From positions 12,963 through 76,962 of the forward strand of contig JACQFA010000022.1 in assembly GCA_016200255.1 (NCBI GenBank): a stretch of DNA of 64,000 bases, given 5' to 3'. The first letter of the stretch is position 1, and every line of letters begins with the position of its first letter. The notes below the pieces were generated by a model. It ran no database searches. It had not been told where the DNA came from and was given only the letters and a program-made list of their open reading frames with translations. This document shows positions 10,495 through 19,884 of this stretch, in pieces. Source of the stretch: Nitrospirota bacterium. Its GTDB lineage: Bacteria; Nitrospirota; Nitrospiria; JACQBZ01. A program made the position numbers and the translations under genes.

Positions 10495-12201
10495 TTAATC
10501 CGGGAAGGTCGAGTCCACCACCTCTTCCAATGTGGTAATTCCTTCCCTGATTTTGCTCAGACCGCTCATGCGCAAGGTTTTCATCCCCGTGCTGATGGCC
10601 CGCTTTTTGATTTCATCCGACGAAGCCCCCTGCAGGATCAACTCCCGGACTTCTTCGCCGATGGGCATCACTTCATACAACGCCAGGCGGCCTTTATAGC
10701 CTGTGTCACTGCAGGTCGAGCAGCCCTTGCCTTTGTAACAGACGGCGCTCTTGGCTTCTTCCTCCGTCATTCCGGCTTTCACCAACATCGGGACCGGAAC
10801 CTTTTCGAGCTCTTTGCAGTCCTTGCAAACCCGATGGACCAGACGCTGGGCAATAATCATCACCACCGAGGAGGCCACCAGGAAGGGCTCGATGCCCATG
10901 TTGAGAAGCCGGTTGATCGTGCTTGGCGCATCATTGGTATGAAGCGTGGACAGAACCAAGTGACCGGTCAGGGCCGCCTTGACGCCGATCTCGGCCGTTT
11001 CATAGTCCCGGATTTCGCCGACCATGATGATATCGGGGTCCTGACGCAGAAAGGATCGGAGGGCGGCCGCAAAATTTAGACCGATCTCGTCCTTCATCTG
11101 GACCTGATTGATCCCCATCAGATTGTACTCGACCGGGTCTTCGGCCGTCATGATGTTTACATCGATGGTATTAATATAATTCAATGCCGAATAGAGTGTG
11201 GTGGTTTTACCGCTTCCGGTCGGGCCCGTGACCAGAACCATCCCGTAGGGGCTGCCGATCGCCTTCATGAAATTCTCCAGGGCCTTGGGATCAAACCCCA
11301 GCTTCGTCAGATCCAACGTCAGGTTGCTTTTATCCAGGAGCCGCATCACGATCTTTTCACCGAACAGACAGGGGAGACACGAGACGCGGAGATCCACTTC
11401 CTTGTCCTCGAATTTCATCTTGATGCGGCCGTCCTGGGGAAGGCGCCGCTCGGCTATGTCGAGATCGGACATGATCTTGAAGCGGGAGGTCAAAGCCGCC
11501 TGAAGTTTCTTGGGAGGCGACATGACCTCGTAGAGCGATCCATCCAATCGATAGCGAACACGGAAGCTTTTTTCATACGGCTCAATATGGATGTCGCTCA
11601 CTTTTTTCTTGACCGCCTCGTTCAGGATGAGGTTTGCCAGCTTGACCACCGGCACTTCTTCCACGGCCTCCTTCAGCTTCCCGATATCCACTTCCTCTTC
11701 GCGGATGATGGTCGGATCCGCCGTGGTCTCCTGACTCTCCAGGTCTTTCAGCACCGTCTGGAGCTGTTTACTCGAGGCATCGTAGCCCTTGGAGATGGCC
11801 GTCATGACGGCCGTTTCCGACGCCACCATCGGCTCGATCTCGTATCCGGTCATAAATTTAATGTCGTCAACAGCAAAAACATCGGTGGGATCCACCATGG
11901 CTAGGCTGAGCGTGGCGCCGGAACGCTTGACGGGCATGACGCGGTATTTAAGCACCACTTCGGCCGGCACCAGTTTTGTGACGGCAGGATCAATTTGCAG
12001 TTTCGAAAGGTCAATGGCGGGGATGCCGTACTGCTGGCTCAGGAACTTCAGAAGCTTGTCCTCCTCAATAAAAGCCATCTTGACGAGGATGCCGCCCAGC
12101 CGGCCGCCCTCTTTTTTTTGAGTCAAGAGGGCCTTCTGGAGCTGGTCCTCCGTAATGAGCTTGGCCGTAGTCAGCAATTTCCCCAATCGTTCAGGAACCA
12201 A
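10495..12201 (-). CDS. pilB: Type IV pilus assembly (extension) ATPase, GspE family with N-terminal T2SSE_N domain and C4 zinc-binding motif
   Basis: 568 aa; Walker A GPTGSGKTTT, tetracysteine CKDC...CSTC. Confidence 0.9.
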   Translation of the reverse strand: MVPERLGKLLTTAKLITEDQLQKALLTQKKEGGRLGGILVKMAFIEEDKLLKFLSQQYGIPAIDLSKLQIDPAVTKLVPAEVVLKYRVMPVKRSGATLSLAMVDPTDVFAVDDIKFMTGYEIEPMVASETAVMTAISKGYDASSKQLQTVLKDLESQETTADPTIIREEEVDIGKLKEAVEEVPVVKLANLILNEAVKKKVSDIHIEPYEKSFRVRYRLDGSLYEVMSPPKKLQAALTSRFKIMSDLDIAERRLPQDGRIKMKFEDKEVDLRVSCLPCLFGEKIVMRLLDKSNLTLDLTKLGFDPKALENFMKAIGSPYGMVLVTGPTGSGKTTTLYSALNYINTIDVNIMTAEDPVEYNLMGINQVQMKDEIGLNFAAALRSFLRQDPDIIMVGEIRDYETAEIGVKAALTGHLVLSTLHTNDAPSTINRLLNMGIEPFLVASSVVMIIAQRLVHRVCKDCKELEKVPVPMLVKAGMTEEEAKSAVCYKGKGCSTCSDTGYKGRLALYEVMPIGEEVRELILQGASSDEIKKRAISTGMKTLRMSGLSKIREGITTLEEVVDSTFPD

Positions 12202-12243
12202 GGCGTTACCTCGTTGGATGAGCGAAATTCTTGGCTTGTCAGT

Positions 12244-13149
12244 CTACTGGATCGGCCCAGAATTGTCAATCTCTTGTTGGTTGACCTCTCGTCCGGCAAT
12301 TCCCTGCTGAAGGGCCTCTCGCATGACGTTGATCGGAGGACGTCGACCGGTCCAGATTTCAAAGGCAAGAGCGCCCTGGTGAACCAGCATCCCGAGCCCG
12401 TTGACCGCCTTGGCGCCGGCCGCTTTAGCCTGGTCGAGCAGAAGCGTCACCGATGATTTATAGATGAGATCGCAAACGATATGGTGAGGCTGCAGGACAT
12501 TGGGTGGTAGGAGCGGAGGATCGTCGGGCCTCATGCCGACCGACGTGGCGTTGATGATGATATCGGCCTGCCGAACCCCCTCGATTAAAGACGCCTCCGT
12601 CCAGGGAAGGACGAAGACGGAACACAGTACCACTGTTCGACGAAGGTCTCGAACCAATGCCGCGGCCCGCGCCGATGAACGATTCGCAATCATCACGACC
12701 GCCCCGCCTTCCAACGCCCATTGGAATGCAACCGCCCTGGCTGCTCCGCCCGCGCCCAGGATCATGACCCGCTTGCCGGCGATAGACTCCCCGGTCTCCT
12801 CCCGAAAGGCCCGCAGGAACCCTCGACCGTCCGTGTTGTGACCGATCATGCGTCCGCGTCGGATCTCAACCGTGTTCACCGCTCCGATCATCCGCGCTTC
12901 AGGACTCAAGCGGTCCACCAAAGCCATGATCCGCAGCTTATGTGGGATGGTCACGTTGAAACCGCAAAACCCCAGCAACCGCAGTGCCGTCACGGCCGAT
13001 CGGATCCGGCGGGGCTCCACCTCCAGCGGAACGTAACAGCAGTCCAGACCCGTCGCTTCAAAGGCCGCGTTGTGCATCAGCGGCGATAGAGAATGGCGAA
13101 TGGGGTAACCGATTATTCCAACCAGCTTTGTCCGACCCGTAATCGTCAT
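12244..13149 (-). CDS. aroE: Shikimate dehydrogenase
   Basis: 301 aa; Rossmann motif GAGGAARA, N-terminal shikimate-binding domain. Confidence 0.9.
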   Translation of the reverse strand: MTITGRTKLVGIIGYPIRHSLSPLMHNAAFEATGLDCCYVPLEVEPRRIRSAVTALRLLGFCGFNVTIPHKLRIMALVDRLSPEARMIGAVNTVEIRRGRMIGHNTDGRGFLRAFREETGESIAGKRVMILGAGGAARAVAFQWALEGGAVVMIANRSSARAAALVRDLRRTVVLCSVFVLPWTEASLIEGVRQADIIINATSVGMRPDDPPLLPPNVLQPHHIVCDLIYKSSVTLLLDQAKAAGAKAVNGLGMLVHQGALAFEIWTGRRPPINVMREALQQGIAGREVNQQEIDNSGPIQ

Positions 13150-13165
13150 AACCTCTCGGGCGATG

Positions 13166-13702
13166 TTAAACCTGTTCGGAATTCAGATGGCGTATCCCGC
13201 GATAGATGTAATGCAGCCCGGAAAGAATCGTCAGCCCGATCATCACCACAAGAATCGGCAAGAGACTGATCGTGCTGCCCCGGACCACGGCCGTCGCCAA
13301 AATCAGTGTCACATAGCTCAACTGGACCGCCGTTGTGCTTTTCCCGAGAAACGTGGGCGAAATCTCCTGCTGGGCCTGGGTCAGATGCAGTATCAAGCTG
13401 CCCAGAATCAGGATCAGATCGCGACTGACCACAATCACGGCCGTCCATACCGGAATGACTTGAAGAATGGCCATCGTCAGAAAGGAGGCGGTCAGAAGTA
13501 ATTTATCCGCCAGGGGATCAAGGTAGGTCCCCAGCCTTGTCCTCTGGTTGGCCAGCCGCGCAATCAGACCATCCAGGCTGTCCGTCAGGCTGGCCGCAAG
13601 AAAAACGGCCAAGGCCCACCCATTGTAGCCGTAGATCAAAAAATAGAAAAAAACCGGGATCAGCAAGATGCGAAGAATGGTGAGTAAATTAGGAAGATTC
13701 AT
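13166..13702 (-). CDS. pgsA: CDP-alcohol phosphatidyltransferase (PgsA-like, CDP-diacylglycerol--glycerol-3-phosphate 3-phosphatidyltransferase family)
   Basis: D(x2)DG(x2)AR...G(x3)D(x3)D motif (DSLDGLIARL...GTYLDPLADK). Start set at internal ATG MNLPNLLTILR; the track's 62-aa N-terminal extension looks like out-of-frame GC-rich junk. The RBS abuts the ATG, so the exact start is uncertain. Confidence 0.75.
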   Translation of the reverse strand: MNLPNLLTILRILLIPVFFYFLIYGYNGWALAVFLAASLTDSLDGLIARLANQRTRLGTYLDPLADKLLLTASFLTMAILQVIPVWTAVIVVSRDLILILGSLILHLTQAQQEISPTFLGKSTTAVQLSYVTLILATAVVRGSTISLLPILVVMIGLTILSGLHYIYRGIRHLNSEQV

Positions 13703-13895
13703 CCTCTCACCCGTGCCAGCCGTGGGGTTCGACCCAGCGAGCACGGCGAGCGAGAGGGGAAGGCTCCATCCGGCTTCGCCGGTGGAGGGGGCGACGCAAG
13801 CCCCTACAATCGGCAACAGGCTGCATGGTTGGATTATAAGAAACCGCCGACGGATTGTCAAACCCTCCAACCGGAGCCGATCCGGCAAAAAGGTG

Positions 13896-13924
13896 TTGAT
13901 TGCTTTGAATGAACCCGCTATAAT
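13896..13924 (+). promoter_or_regulatory. Sigma-70-type promoter TTGATT-N17-TATAAT for the downstream hypothetical gene
   Basis: -35 TTGATT 13896-13901, 17-nt spacer, perfect -10 TATAAT 13919-13924; GGAG RBS then ATG at 13950. Confidence 0.5.
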
Positions 13925-13949
13925 CGCCTCCCGTTATGGAGCACCCCGG

Positions 13950-14261
13950 ATGCAGCGAATCGTTGAACGACATCAGATCGAGGGACAGGACGAGCGGCAA
14001 CGCGTCTTCAATCGCCTGGTGGATATCCTGCGCGTCGAAAAGGGATACACCGCGATTTTTCATTATGAAGGACTCACCTTTGAGACAAAGTCCGCGCGAA
14101 CCATCGAGGAAACGATTCAGGACCTGATTTCAAAACTACAAAAAGCAGGCTGCTCGAATCTTCGCACCCGCCTGAATTTTCGAGGACAGCGTTATCTGGC
14201 GGAGCGCGAACCGTGGGTGAACTATCCCGACAGCGCGTTTCAGGAAACCGGTCGCACTTAA
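13950..14261 (+). CDS. Hypothetical small protein (103 aa), unrecognised
   Basis: MQRIVERHQIEGQDERQRVFNRLVDILRVEKGYTAIFHYEGLTFETKSARTIEETIQDLISKLQKAGCSNL.... It has its own consensus promoter and RBS; non-biased composition suggests it is real. Confidence 0.5.
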   Translation: MQRIVERHQIEGQDERQRVFNRLVDILRVEKGYTAIFHYEGLTFETKSARTIEETIQDLISKLQKAGCSNLRTRLNFRGQRYLAEREPWVNYPDSAFQETGRT

Positions 14262-14278
14262 CCGCTCGATCAGCTCTC

Positions 14279-15061
14279 ATGAATCCTTCCAATAAAATGA
14301 CCCCGGTCGATAGAAAGCGGTGGGAGCTCTGGGGCATCTCCTTTTTCCTGTTGCTCTCTTCGGCCGCAACGGTCATCGCCTTCGGCCTGATTTCGGACCA
14401 GCCTCCGGTCATCATCGCCTTTCTTGGCGTCTTTTTCCTTCTTTTTTGCGGCTACATCATCGACAATGAATTCAAGCTTCAAAAAATCCAGAAGCAATTG
14501 CGCGATGAACAGTTTAAGGTGCTGGAGGAGGAAATCCGGATCGGAACGCTTCAAACACGCCTAAAGGAGTTAACGGCGCTGGAGAGAGCGATGACGGCAA
14601 TCGGCATGGAAACGCAGCCCGAGAAAGCCCTCGACACGATTCTTCGGGCCGCCATGCAAATCTTTGCGGCCGACCGGGGTTCCATCATGCTCGTAGACGA
14701 GGCCTCCCAAACGCTCGTCATCACCGCCAGCATAGGCATCAAACCGGAACATTCGGCCCAAAGCCGACCCAAGATCGGTGACGGGATTGCGGGTCGCGTC
14801 GCCCTGACCGGCGAGGCCCTTCTCCTGCCCCCCAAGATCAATACGGATCAGTACAAGAACTTCGAATCCAAAGCGACGGAACTCCGCTCCGGAATCTGCG
14901 CCCCGATGAGGAGCCGAAACAAGATTATCGGGGTGATCAGTTATTCCATCGCGGATCCCAAGAAGCGCCTCTTTACCGAATACGATCTAAAACTCCTCAT
15001 TATCTTTGCTCAATACGCCACGCTGGTCATCGATGCCGCCGGCGCCGCCCGCTTAAAGTAG
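14279..15061 (+). CDS. Membrane-anchored GAF-domain protein (1 TM, coiled coil, GAF)
   Basis: Start at internal ATG MNPSNKM; hydrophobic segment ISFFLLLSSAATVIAFGLI...; GAF-like C-terminus (ADRGSIMLVD...IAGRVALTGEALLL). Confidence 0.65.
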   Translation: MNPSNKMTPVDRKRWELWGISFFLLLSSAATVIAFGLISDQPPVIIAFLGVFFLLFCGYIIDNEFKLQKIQKQLRDEQFKVLEEEIRIGTLQTRLKELTALERAMTAIGMETQPEKALDTILRAAMQIFAADRGSIMLVDEASQTLVITASIGIKPEHSAQSRPKIGDGIAGRVALTGEALLLPPKINTDQYKNFESKATELRSGICAPMRSRNKIIGVISYSIADPKKRLFTEYDLKLLIIFAQYATLVIDAAGAARLK

Positions 15062-15080
15062 TCGTGTCCCTCTCGTTTCA

Positions 15081-15109
15081 TTGCACAGCCGCATCGGTCT
15101 TGTTATAAT
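15081..15109 (+). promoter_or_regulatory. Sigma-70-type promoter TTGCAC-N17-TATAAT abutting the start codon (leaderless-type)
   Basis: -10 TATAAT ends 6 nt before the ATG at 15116; there is no Shine-Dalgarno. Confidence 0.45.
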
Positions 15110-15115
15110 GCCGCC

Positions 15116-17923
15116 ATGTCCAACCCAACGCCCGCCATCGTCACCGATCTCCGTCGCTTGCTGGGCAACGCCAAAGTTCTCTCGGATGTTCCCGCCCTCA
15201 CGGCCTACGCCATCGATGCCGGCATCTACCGGCTTGAGCCGCAAGCCGTCGTCCTGATCGAGAACGAATCCGACCTGGTCCCGGTGATCAAGTATGCCCG
15301 GAGAAATCGAATCCCTCTGACCGCAAGGGCCGGCGGGACGAACCTGACCGGCAACGCGATCGGGGAAGGGATCATCCTGGAATTCTCGCGGATGAACCGG
15401 ATCCTTGAATTGAACCGGGAAGAGAAATGGGTCCGGGTCCAGCCCGGAAAGACCTACAGCGAACTCAATCGCGATCTGGAGCGATACGGCCTTTTCTTTG
15501 CGCCCGATCCTTCGAGCGGCGAGGTCTGCAAAATCGGCGGGATGGTTGGAAACAATTCGGCCGGCCCCCACAGCCTCAAGTACGGAGCGGTTAAGAACAA
15601 CGTCTACGAGATCCGCGCGATCCTGTCCGATGGCCGCGCCCTTTCCGTCCGTCCCTACCCGATGGACCGGCCCGAGTTTGAGCGCCTTCTGGATCAGCAC
15701 GAACGCCTCCGAGAACTACATACGTTGTTGAAGTTGAACCAGGACCTGATCCAGAGACACCGGATCCGTGTCAGCAAGAACAGCAGCGGTTATAACATCT
15801 TCGACATGGCCGATCGTCTGGACCAGGGCCTTTTCGATCTCACAAAGCTGTTTATTGGAAGCGAAGGAACGCTTGGATTCATGACCGAGGCCCGTTTGAC
15901 ATTAATGGACCGGCCGGCCCGGACCGCGACCGCACGGGTCTATTTCAACCGGCTTGACGAGGTCGGCCACGCGGTCAACGCCCTTCTCCCATTCCATCCC
16001 AGCGCCATGGAGTTGATGGACGCCAGTTCGCTCAACTTGATTGGACGAGACCGCTTTGACATCCCCGCGGAAGCCGCCGCCATGCTGCTGGTCGAGTTCG
16101 ACGAAGAACCGATCGAGGACAAGATCGAACGGCTCAAGGAGACGACCCGCGCCTATCGACTTTGCCGGCCGGTTGACCTGGCCCGCAGCGATGAGCCCCG
16201 CGGGCTGGAACAGCAGGAGGCGTTCTGGAAAGTTCGCAAGGCAATTTATCCGACACTTTACCGGTATGATGCCAAGAAAAAACCGATCAATTTCGTGGAC
16301 GACGTTGTGGTTCCGGCCGCGCGGCTCCCGGAACTGATCGCCTATCTGGATGCCTATTTTAAAGAGATGGAGATTCCCGTAGCGGTCTACGGCCATATCG
16401 GCGATGGAAACGCCCATATCAATCCGCTGATGGACATGAAGGACCCCGATGACCTCCGACGGATGGCGGTCATCTCAAAAGAAATCCATTCCGTCGTGAT
16501 CCACCGATTCGGAGGTTCCCTCTGCGGCGAACACGGCGACGGCCGGGTGCGGGGCCAATTTCTGAGGGAACTGTATGGAGAGGAGATCTACACGCTTTTT
16601 ACAAAGATCAAACACCTCTTCGATCCCGACCAAATTCTCAACCCCGGCGTCAAACTGACCGACATGCCGTTCACGACCCATCTGGACGCCGAGCGGCTGA
16701 GCAAGGCCTGCGCCACCTGCGGCAAATGCAACACCGTCTGCCCGGTCTACGACGTTTCTCAGGAGGAATCGAACGGAGCCCGCGGCTGGTTTCATATCCT
16801 CACCGCACCGGACTATTCCTATGAAAAGGCCTCTCGCGTCGTCGAGGCCTGCGTCAATTGCAAGTCCTGTTTCGCGGTCTGTCCCGCCGGCATCGATATT
16901 TCAAAAAACATTCTGGAAAAACGGGCCGAGCATCCGAATCGCCTGGCCGGTTTCATCTTCGCGTTTCAGGCACGGCCGTGGCTGTTCGAATCGTTTCTGA
17001 AACTGGCCGGCCTGCTCCAACCGCTCTGGGATCGTCCTCTCGGACGAACGGCGCTGGAATATCTTACACGGCCGATCCTGGCGTTTATTTCTCCGACCGC
17101 ACGTTTGTCTCCCGAGATCAACCTGCCCCGACTGGCGACAAAGACGCTACGCCGACGGTTCGCCTCGCTGACGGAAGAAAAGGGCGCCTCCGGGGCGACG
17201 GCCTACTTCCACGGCTGCGCCGCGAATTATTTTCAAGACGGCGTGGGGGACGCCGTGATCCGCCTCCTTCAACGGCAGGGAGCCGGCCCCGTGCTTCCAA
17301 AGCAGCGCTGCTCCGGAACGCCCATCGAGACGTACGGCCACCGCGACCGGGTCCGGGACGATGCGCGCTTTAATATGGACTCCCTGCTTCGATATGAAAC
17401 GGTCGTCACCGGATGCGCCTCCTGCACCTTCATGCTGAAGGATTATGCACGGTTTTTTACGGACGAGAAGGAACAGGCCCGTGCGGCCGATCTGGCCAGC
17501 CGGGTCAAGCATATCACCGAATTCCTCGTCCAGTTGGGACTTCAATTTCCCGAACCGGACGGCGGCCCGGAACGGACGGTCGCGTATCACTCGTCCTGTC
17601 ATCTGCGCGCGGCCGGGGTCACGAAGGAGCCGAGGGAGCTGCTTCGCCGGACTCCCGGCGTACGGTTTGTCGAGATGCGGGACGCGGACCGGTGTGCGGG
17701 CGGGGCCGGAACCTTCATCGTTAAAAATTACGAGCAGTCCCGGCAGATCTTTGAGCGAAAACGGCGGGGAATCGTCGAATCCGGGGCCGAGGTGGTCGCG
17801 ACCAGCTGCCCGGCCTGCATGATTCAATTAAAAACAGGAATGCAGAACCGAATTCAGGTAAAACATGTCGCCCAGATTCTGGACGAGGCATTTGAACGCG
17901 CAGACGGCCCTGCTAAATCTTAA
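15116..17923 (+). CDS. FAD-linked oxidase fused to a 2x[4Fe-4S] ferredoxin and two CCG (cysteine-rich) domains (GlcD+GlcF / D-lactate dehydrogenase-like Fe-S oxidoreductase)
   Basis: 935 aa; N-terminal FAD PCMH domain; CATCGKCNTVCP and CVNCKSCFAVCP clusters; CCG motifs CAANYF / GCASCTFMLK / SCPACMIQLK. Confidence 0.85.
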   Translation: MSNPTPAIVTDLRRLLGNAKVLSDVPALTAYAIDAGIYRLEPQAVVLIENESDLVPVIKYARRNRIPLTARAGGTNLTGNAIGEGIILEFSRMNRILELNREEKWVRVQPGKTYSELNRDLERYGLFFAPDPSSGEVCKIGGMVGNNSAGPHSLKYGAVKNNVYEIRAILSDGRALSVRPYPMDRPEFERLLDQHERLRELHTLLKLNQDLIQRHRIRVSKNSSGYNIFDMADRLDQGLFDLTKLFIGSEGTLGFMTEARLTLMDRPARTATARVYFNRLDEVGHAVNALLPFHPSAMELMDASSLNLIGRDRFDIPAEAAAMLLVEFDEEPIEDKIERLKETTRAYRLCRPVDLARSDEPRGLEQQEAFWKVRKAIYPTLYRYDAKKKPINFVDDVVVPAARLPELIAYLDAYFKEMEIPVAVYGHIGDGNAHINPLMDMKDPDDLRRMAVISKEIHSVVIHRFGGSLCGEHGDGRVRGQFLRELYGEEIYTLFTKIKHLFDPDQILNPGVKLTDMPFTTHLDAERLSKACATCGKCNTVCPVYDVSQEESNGARGWFHILTAPDYSYEKASRVVEACVNCKSCFAVCPAGIDISKNILEKRAEHPNRLAGFIFAFQARPWLFESFLKLAGLLQPLWDRPLGRTALEYLTRPILAFISPTARLSPEINLPRLATKTLRRRFASLTEEKGASGATAYFHGCAANYFQDGVGDAVIRLLQRQGAGPVLPKQRCSGTPIETYGHRDRVRDDARFNMDSLLRYETVVTGCASCTFMLKDYARFFTDEKEQARAADLASRVKHITEFLVQLGLQFPEPDGGPERTVAYHSSCHLRAAGVTKEPRELLRRTPGVRFVEMRDADRCAGGAGTFIVKNYEQSRQIFERKRRGIVESGAEVVATSCPACMIQLKTGMQNRIQVKHVAQILDEAFERADGPAKS

Positions 17924-18917
17924 ACTGTTTGACCCAGAAAATTCCCCCGTCAACCGTATAGAGAATCGTCCCGTTGTCGCCGACGGCCCAGCCGGTCTTG
18001 TCATTAATAAAATAGACCGCGCGGAGGGTCGCATCCGTCCGGGTCGATCGGGCCAGCCAGAACGTTCCGCCATTGGTGGTCTGGAGAATGATCCCGCCCT
18101 CGCCCGATACCCAGCCGAAATTCGCGCCGTAAAACTTGATGGCCGTCAATGCGCCCGTGGCGGTCGTCTGCGATCCTCGGGTCCAGGAAAAACCGTTATT
18201 CGTCATTGTGAGAAGGACCCCGCCGTCCCCCACGGCCCAGGCGGCGCCGCCGGTCCAGTAAATGGCATTGAGATTGCGGGTCGTCCCGCTGAGTTGGGCA
18301 TTCCAGAGCGCTCCGCGGGTTCCGGAATCGGTATAAAGAATGAGTCCGTCGTCGCCGATGATCCAACCGTGATCCTGGTCCCGGAAGAAAACATCGCGGA
18401 GAGAACGGTTCCCGGCCCCACTCTGTGCCACCCATGAAAACCCTCCGTTGCTGGTGTGAAGGATCGTTCCGTTGTCTCCCGCCACCCAGCCGACTTTCGT
18501 ATCGTTCTTCTGGAAGAAAACGCGGTTCAGCCGATTCGAACTGCCGCTGGACTGTCGGATCCAGCCCAGCCCGGAATTGATCGTCTGTAAAATGACCCCG
18601 CCGTCGCCCACCACCCAGCCGGTGTTCGCATCCGCAAACCGGATCGATCTCAAATTCTGGGTCGTCCCGCTCGTCTCGGAAAACCAGCTTGCACCGCCGT
18701 TTCGCGTATGAAGAAGCGTGCCGTTGTTTCCGACGATCCATCCTTCGCCGGTATTGATGAAGTAGACATCGTTTAACGACTCCGTAAAAGCATTTCCCAT
18801 CGCGCCTTCCTGAAGGCTCTCCCCCGGACCGGCGCAGGCCGTGATCGTCATTGGAACCGCGATGACCAGAACGGACAGCTTTCCCAATCGAGCCAGCAAC
18901 CTTCCGGCGATTTTCAT
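17913..18917 (-). CDS. Secreted BNR/Ycf48-like beta-propeller protein (photosystem II assembly factor-like family)
   Basis: 334 aa; signal peptide plus lipobox-like ITAC; about seven repeats of GW(I/V)VGDxGxILxTxxGGxxW. Confidence 0.75.
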   Translation of the reverse strand: MKIAGRLLARLGKLSVLVIAVPMTITACAGPGESLQEGAMGNAFTESLNDVYFINTGEGWIVGNNGTLLHTRNGGASWFSETSGTTQNLRSIRFADANTGWVVGDGGVILQTINSGLGWIRQSSGSSNRLNRVFFQKNDTKVGWVAGDNGTILHTSNGGFSWVAQSGAGNRSLRDVFFRDQDHGWIIGDDGLILYTDSGTRGALWNAQLSGTTRNLNAIYWTGGAAWAVGDGGVLLTMTNNGFSWTRGSQTTATGALTAIKFYGANFGWVSGEGGIILQTTNGGTFWLARSTRTDATLRAVYFINDKTGWAVGDNGTILYTVDGGIFWVKQFKI

Positions 18918-18966
18918 GATCCATCTCCCTTTTCTTGGTTTATTTTAAAATCCAACCGACTCCTCC

Positions 18967-19884
18967 CTATCGAACCGCGGTTTCCAAAAGCGTCACGGAG
19001 GCCGCGTTTCCGTCCATCTGAACCGGAATACCGAGCGGAAGCGTGACCTGCTCCCCGCCATGGCCGGCCGGAAATCCGTATAAAACGGGAATCGTCTGAT
19101 CGGCCAGCACGTCGCAAATTACATCTTCCAAGACGTAGGACGAATGGGACGGGGGCTGACAACCGGGCATCGTCCCGAAGATCACGCCCTTCGCATTCTT
19201 AAACTTGGACGCCGCCTTCAGTTGCGTCAGCATCCGGTCGATTCGGTACGGGGCCTCGTCGATATCCTCCAGCAGGAGGATCGCCCCCTCCGTTTGAATT
19301 TCATACGGCGTGCCCAGCGTGCTGCAGAGCATGGTCAAGCAGCCGCCGACCAGCGGTCCCTGCGCCTGCCCGCCCCGCAACCCCTTGATGCCGTCCGCCG
19401 TCAGAGGACCTTTTCCCCATCCCTCCACCAGGATTTTCCTGAACCAGGTATCCGTCAACGACGAGGGCTGTTTGCCGAAATTCGGCGCCACCATCGGACC
19501 GTGGAAAGTCACCAGCCCGAAATGCTGACGGAGATGGTTGAGCAAAAGCGTGACATCGCTGCTTCCAACTACGATCTTCGGATGCTGCTCAATCGCGTCC
19601 TCATCCAGAAAGGGAATGATTCTGGACGTTCCGTAACCGCCGCGGGCGCAGACGATCGCCGCGATTTCCGGATTTGAAAACATTTGGTTGAGATCCGCCG
19701 CGCGCTCGCGATCGGACCCGGCCAGATACCGCGACCGTTTTTCGACCGACGCCCCAAGGACGACGCGAAAACCCATCCCTTTCAGACGGTCGACGCCTTG
19801 TCTCAATTCAGCCGGATCGACCGAACCGGCCGGCGCGATCACGCCGATCGTACCTCCCGGACGAAGCGCTTCAGGCTTGATCAT
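18967..19884 (-). CDS. ldcA: LD-carboxypeptidase (muramoyltetrapeptide carboxypeptidase)
   Basis: 305 aa; S66 peptidase family pattern (GTIGVIAPAG..., SSD, HGGE). Confidence 0.85.
   Translation of the reverse strand: MIKPEALRPGGTIGVIAPAGSVDPAELRQGVDRLKGMGFRVVLGASVEKRSRYLAGSDRERAADLNQMFSNPEIAAIVCARGGYGTSRIIPFLDEDAIEQHPKIVVGSSDVTLLLNHLRQHFGLVTFHGPMVAPNFGKQPSSLTDTWFRKILVEGWGKGPLTADGIKGLRGGQAQGPLVGGCLTMLCSTLGTPYEIQTEGAILLLEDIDEAPYRIDRMLTQLKAASKFKNAKGVIFGTMPGCQPPSHSSYVLEDVICDVLADQTIPVLYGFPAGHGGEQVTLPLGIPVQMDGNAASVTLLETAVR

Noticed and set aside
13703-13888. 62-aa N-terminal extension of the pgsA ORF
   Set aside because: GC-rich, low-complexity and unlike CDP-alcohol phosphatidyltransferase N-termini. 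The real protein starts at MNLPNLLTILR.
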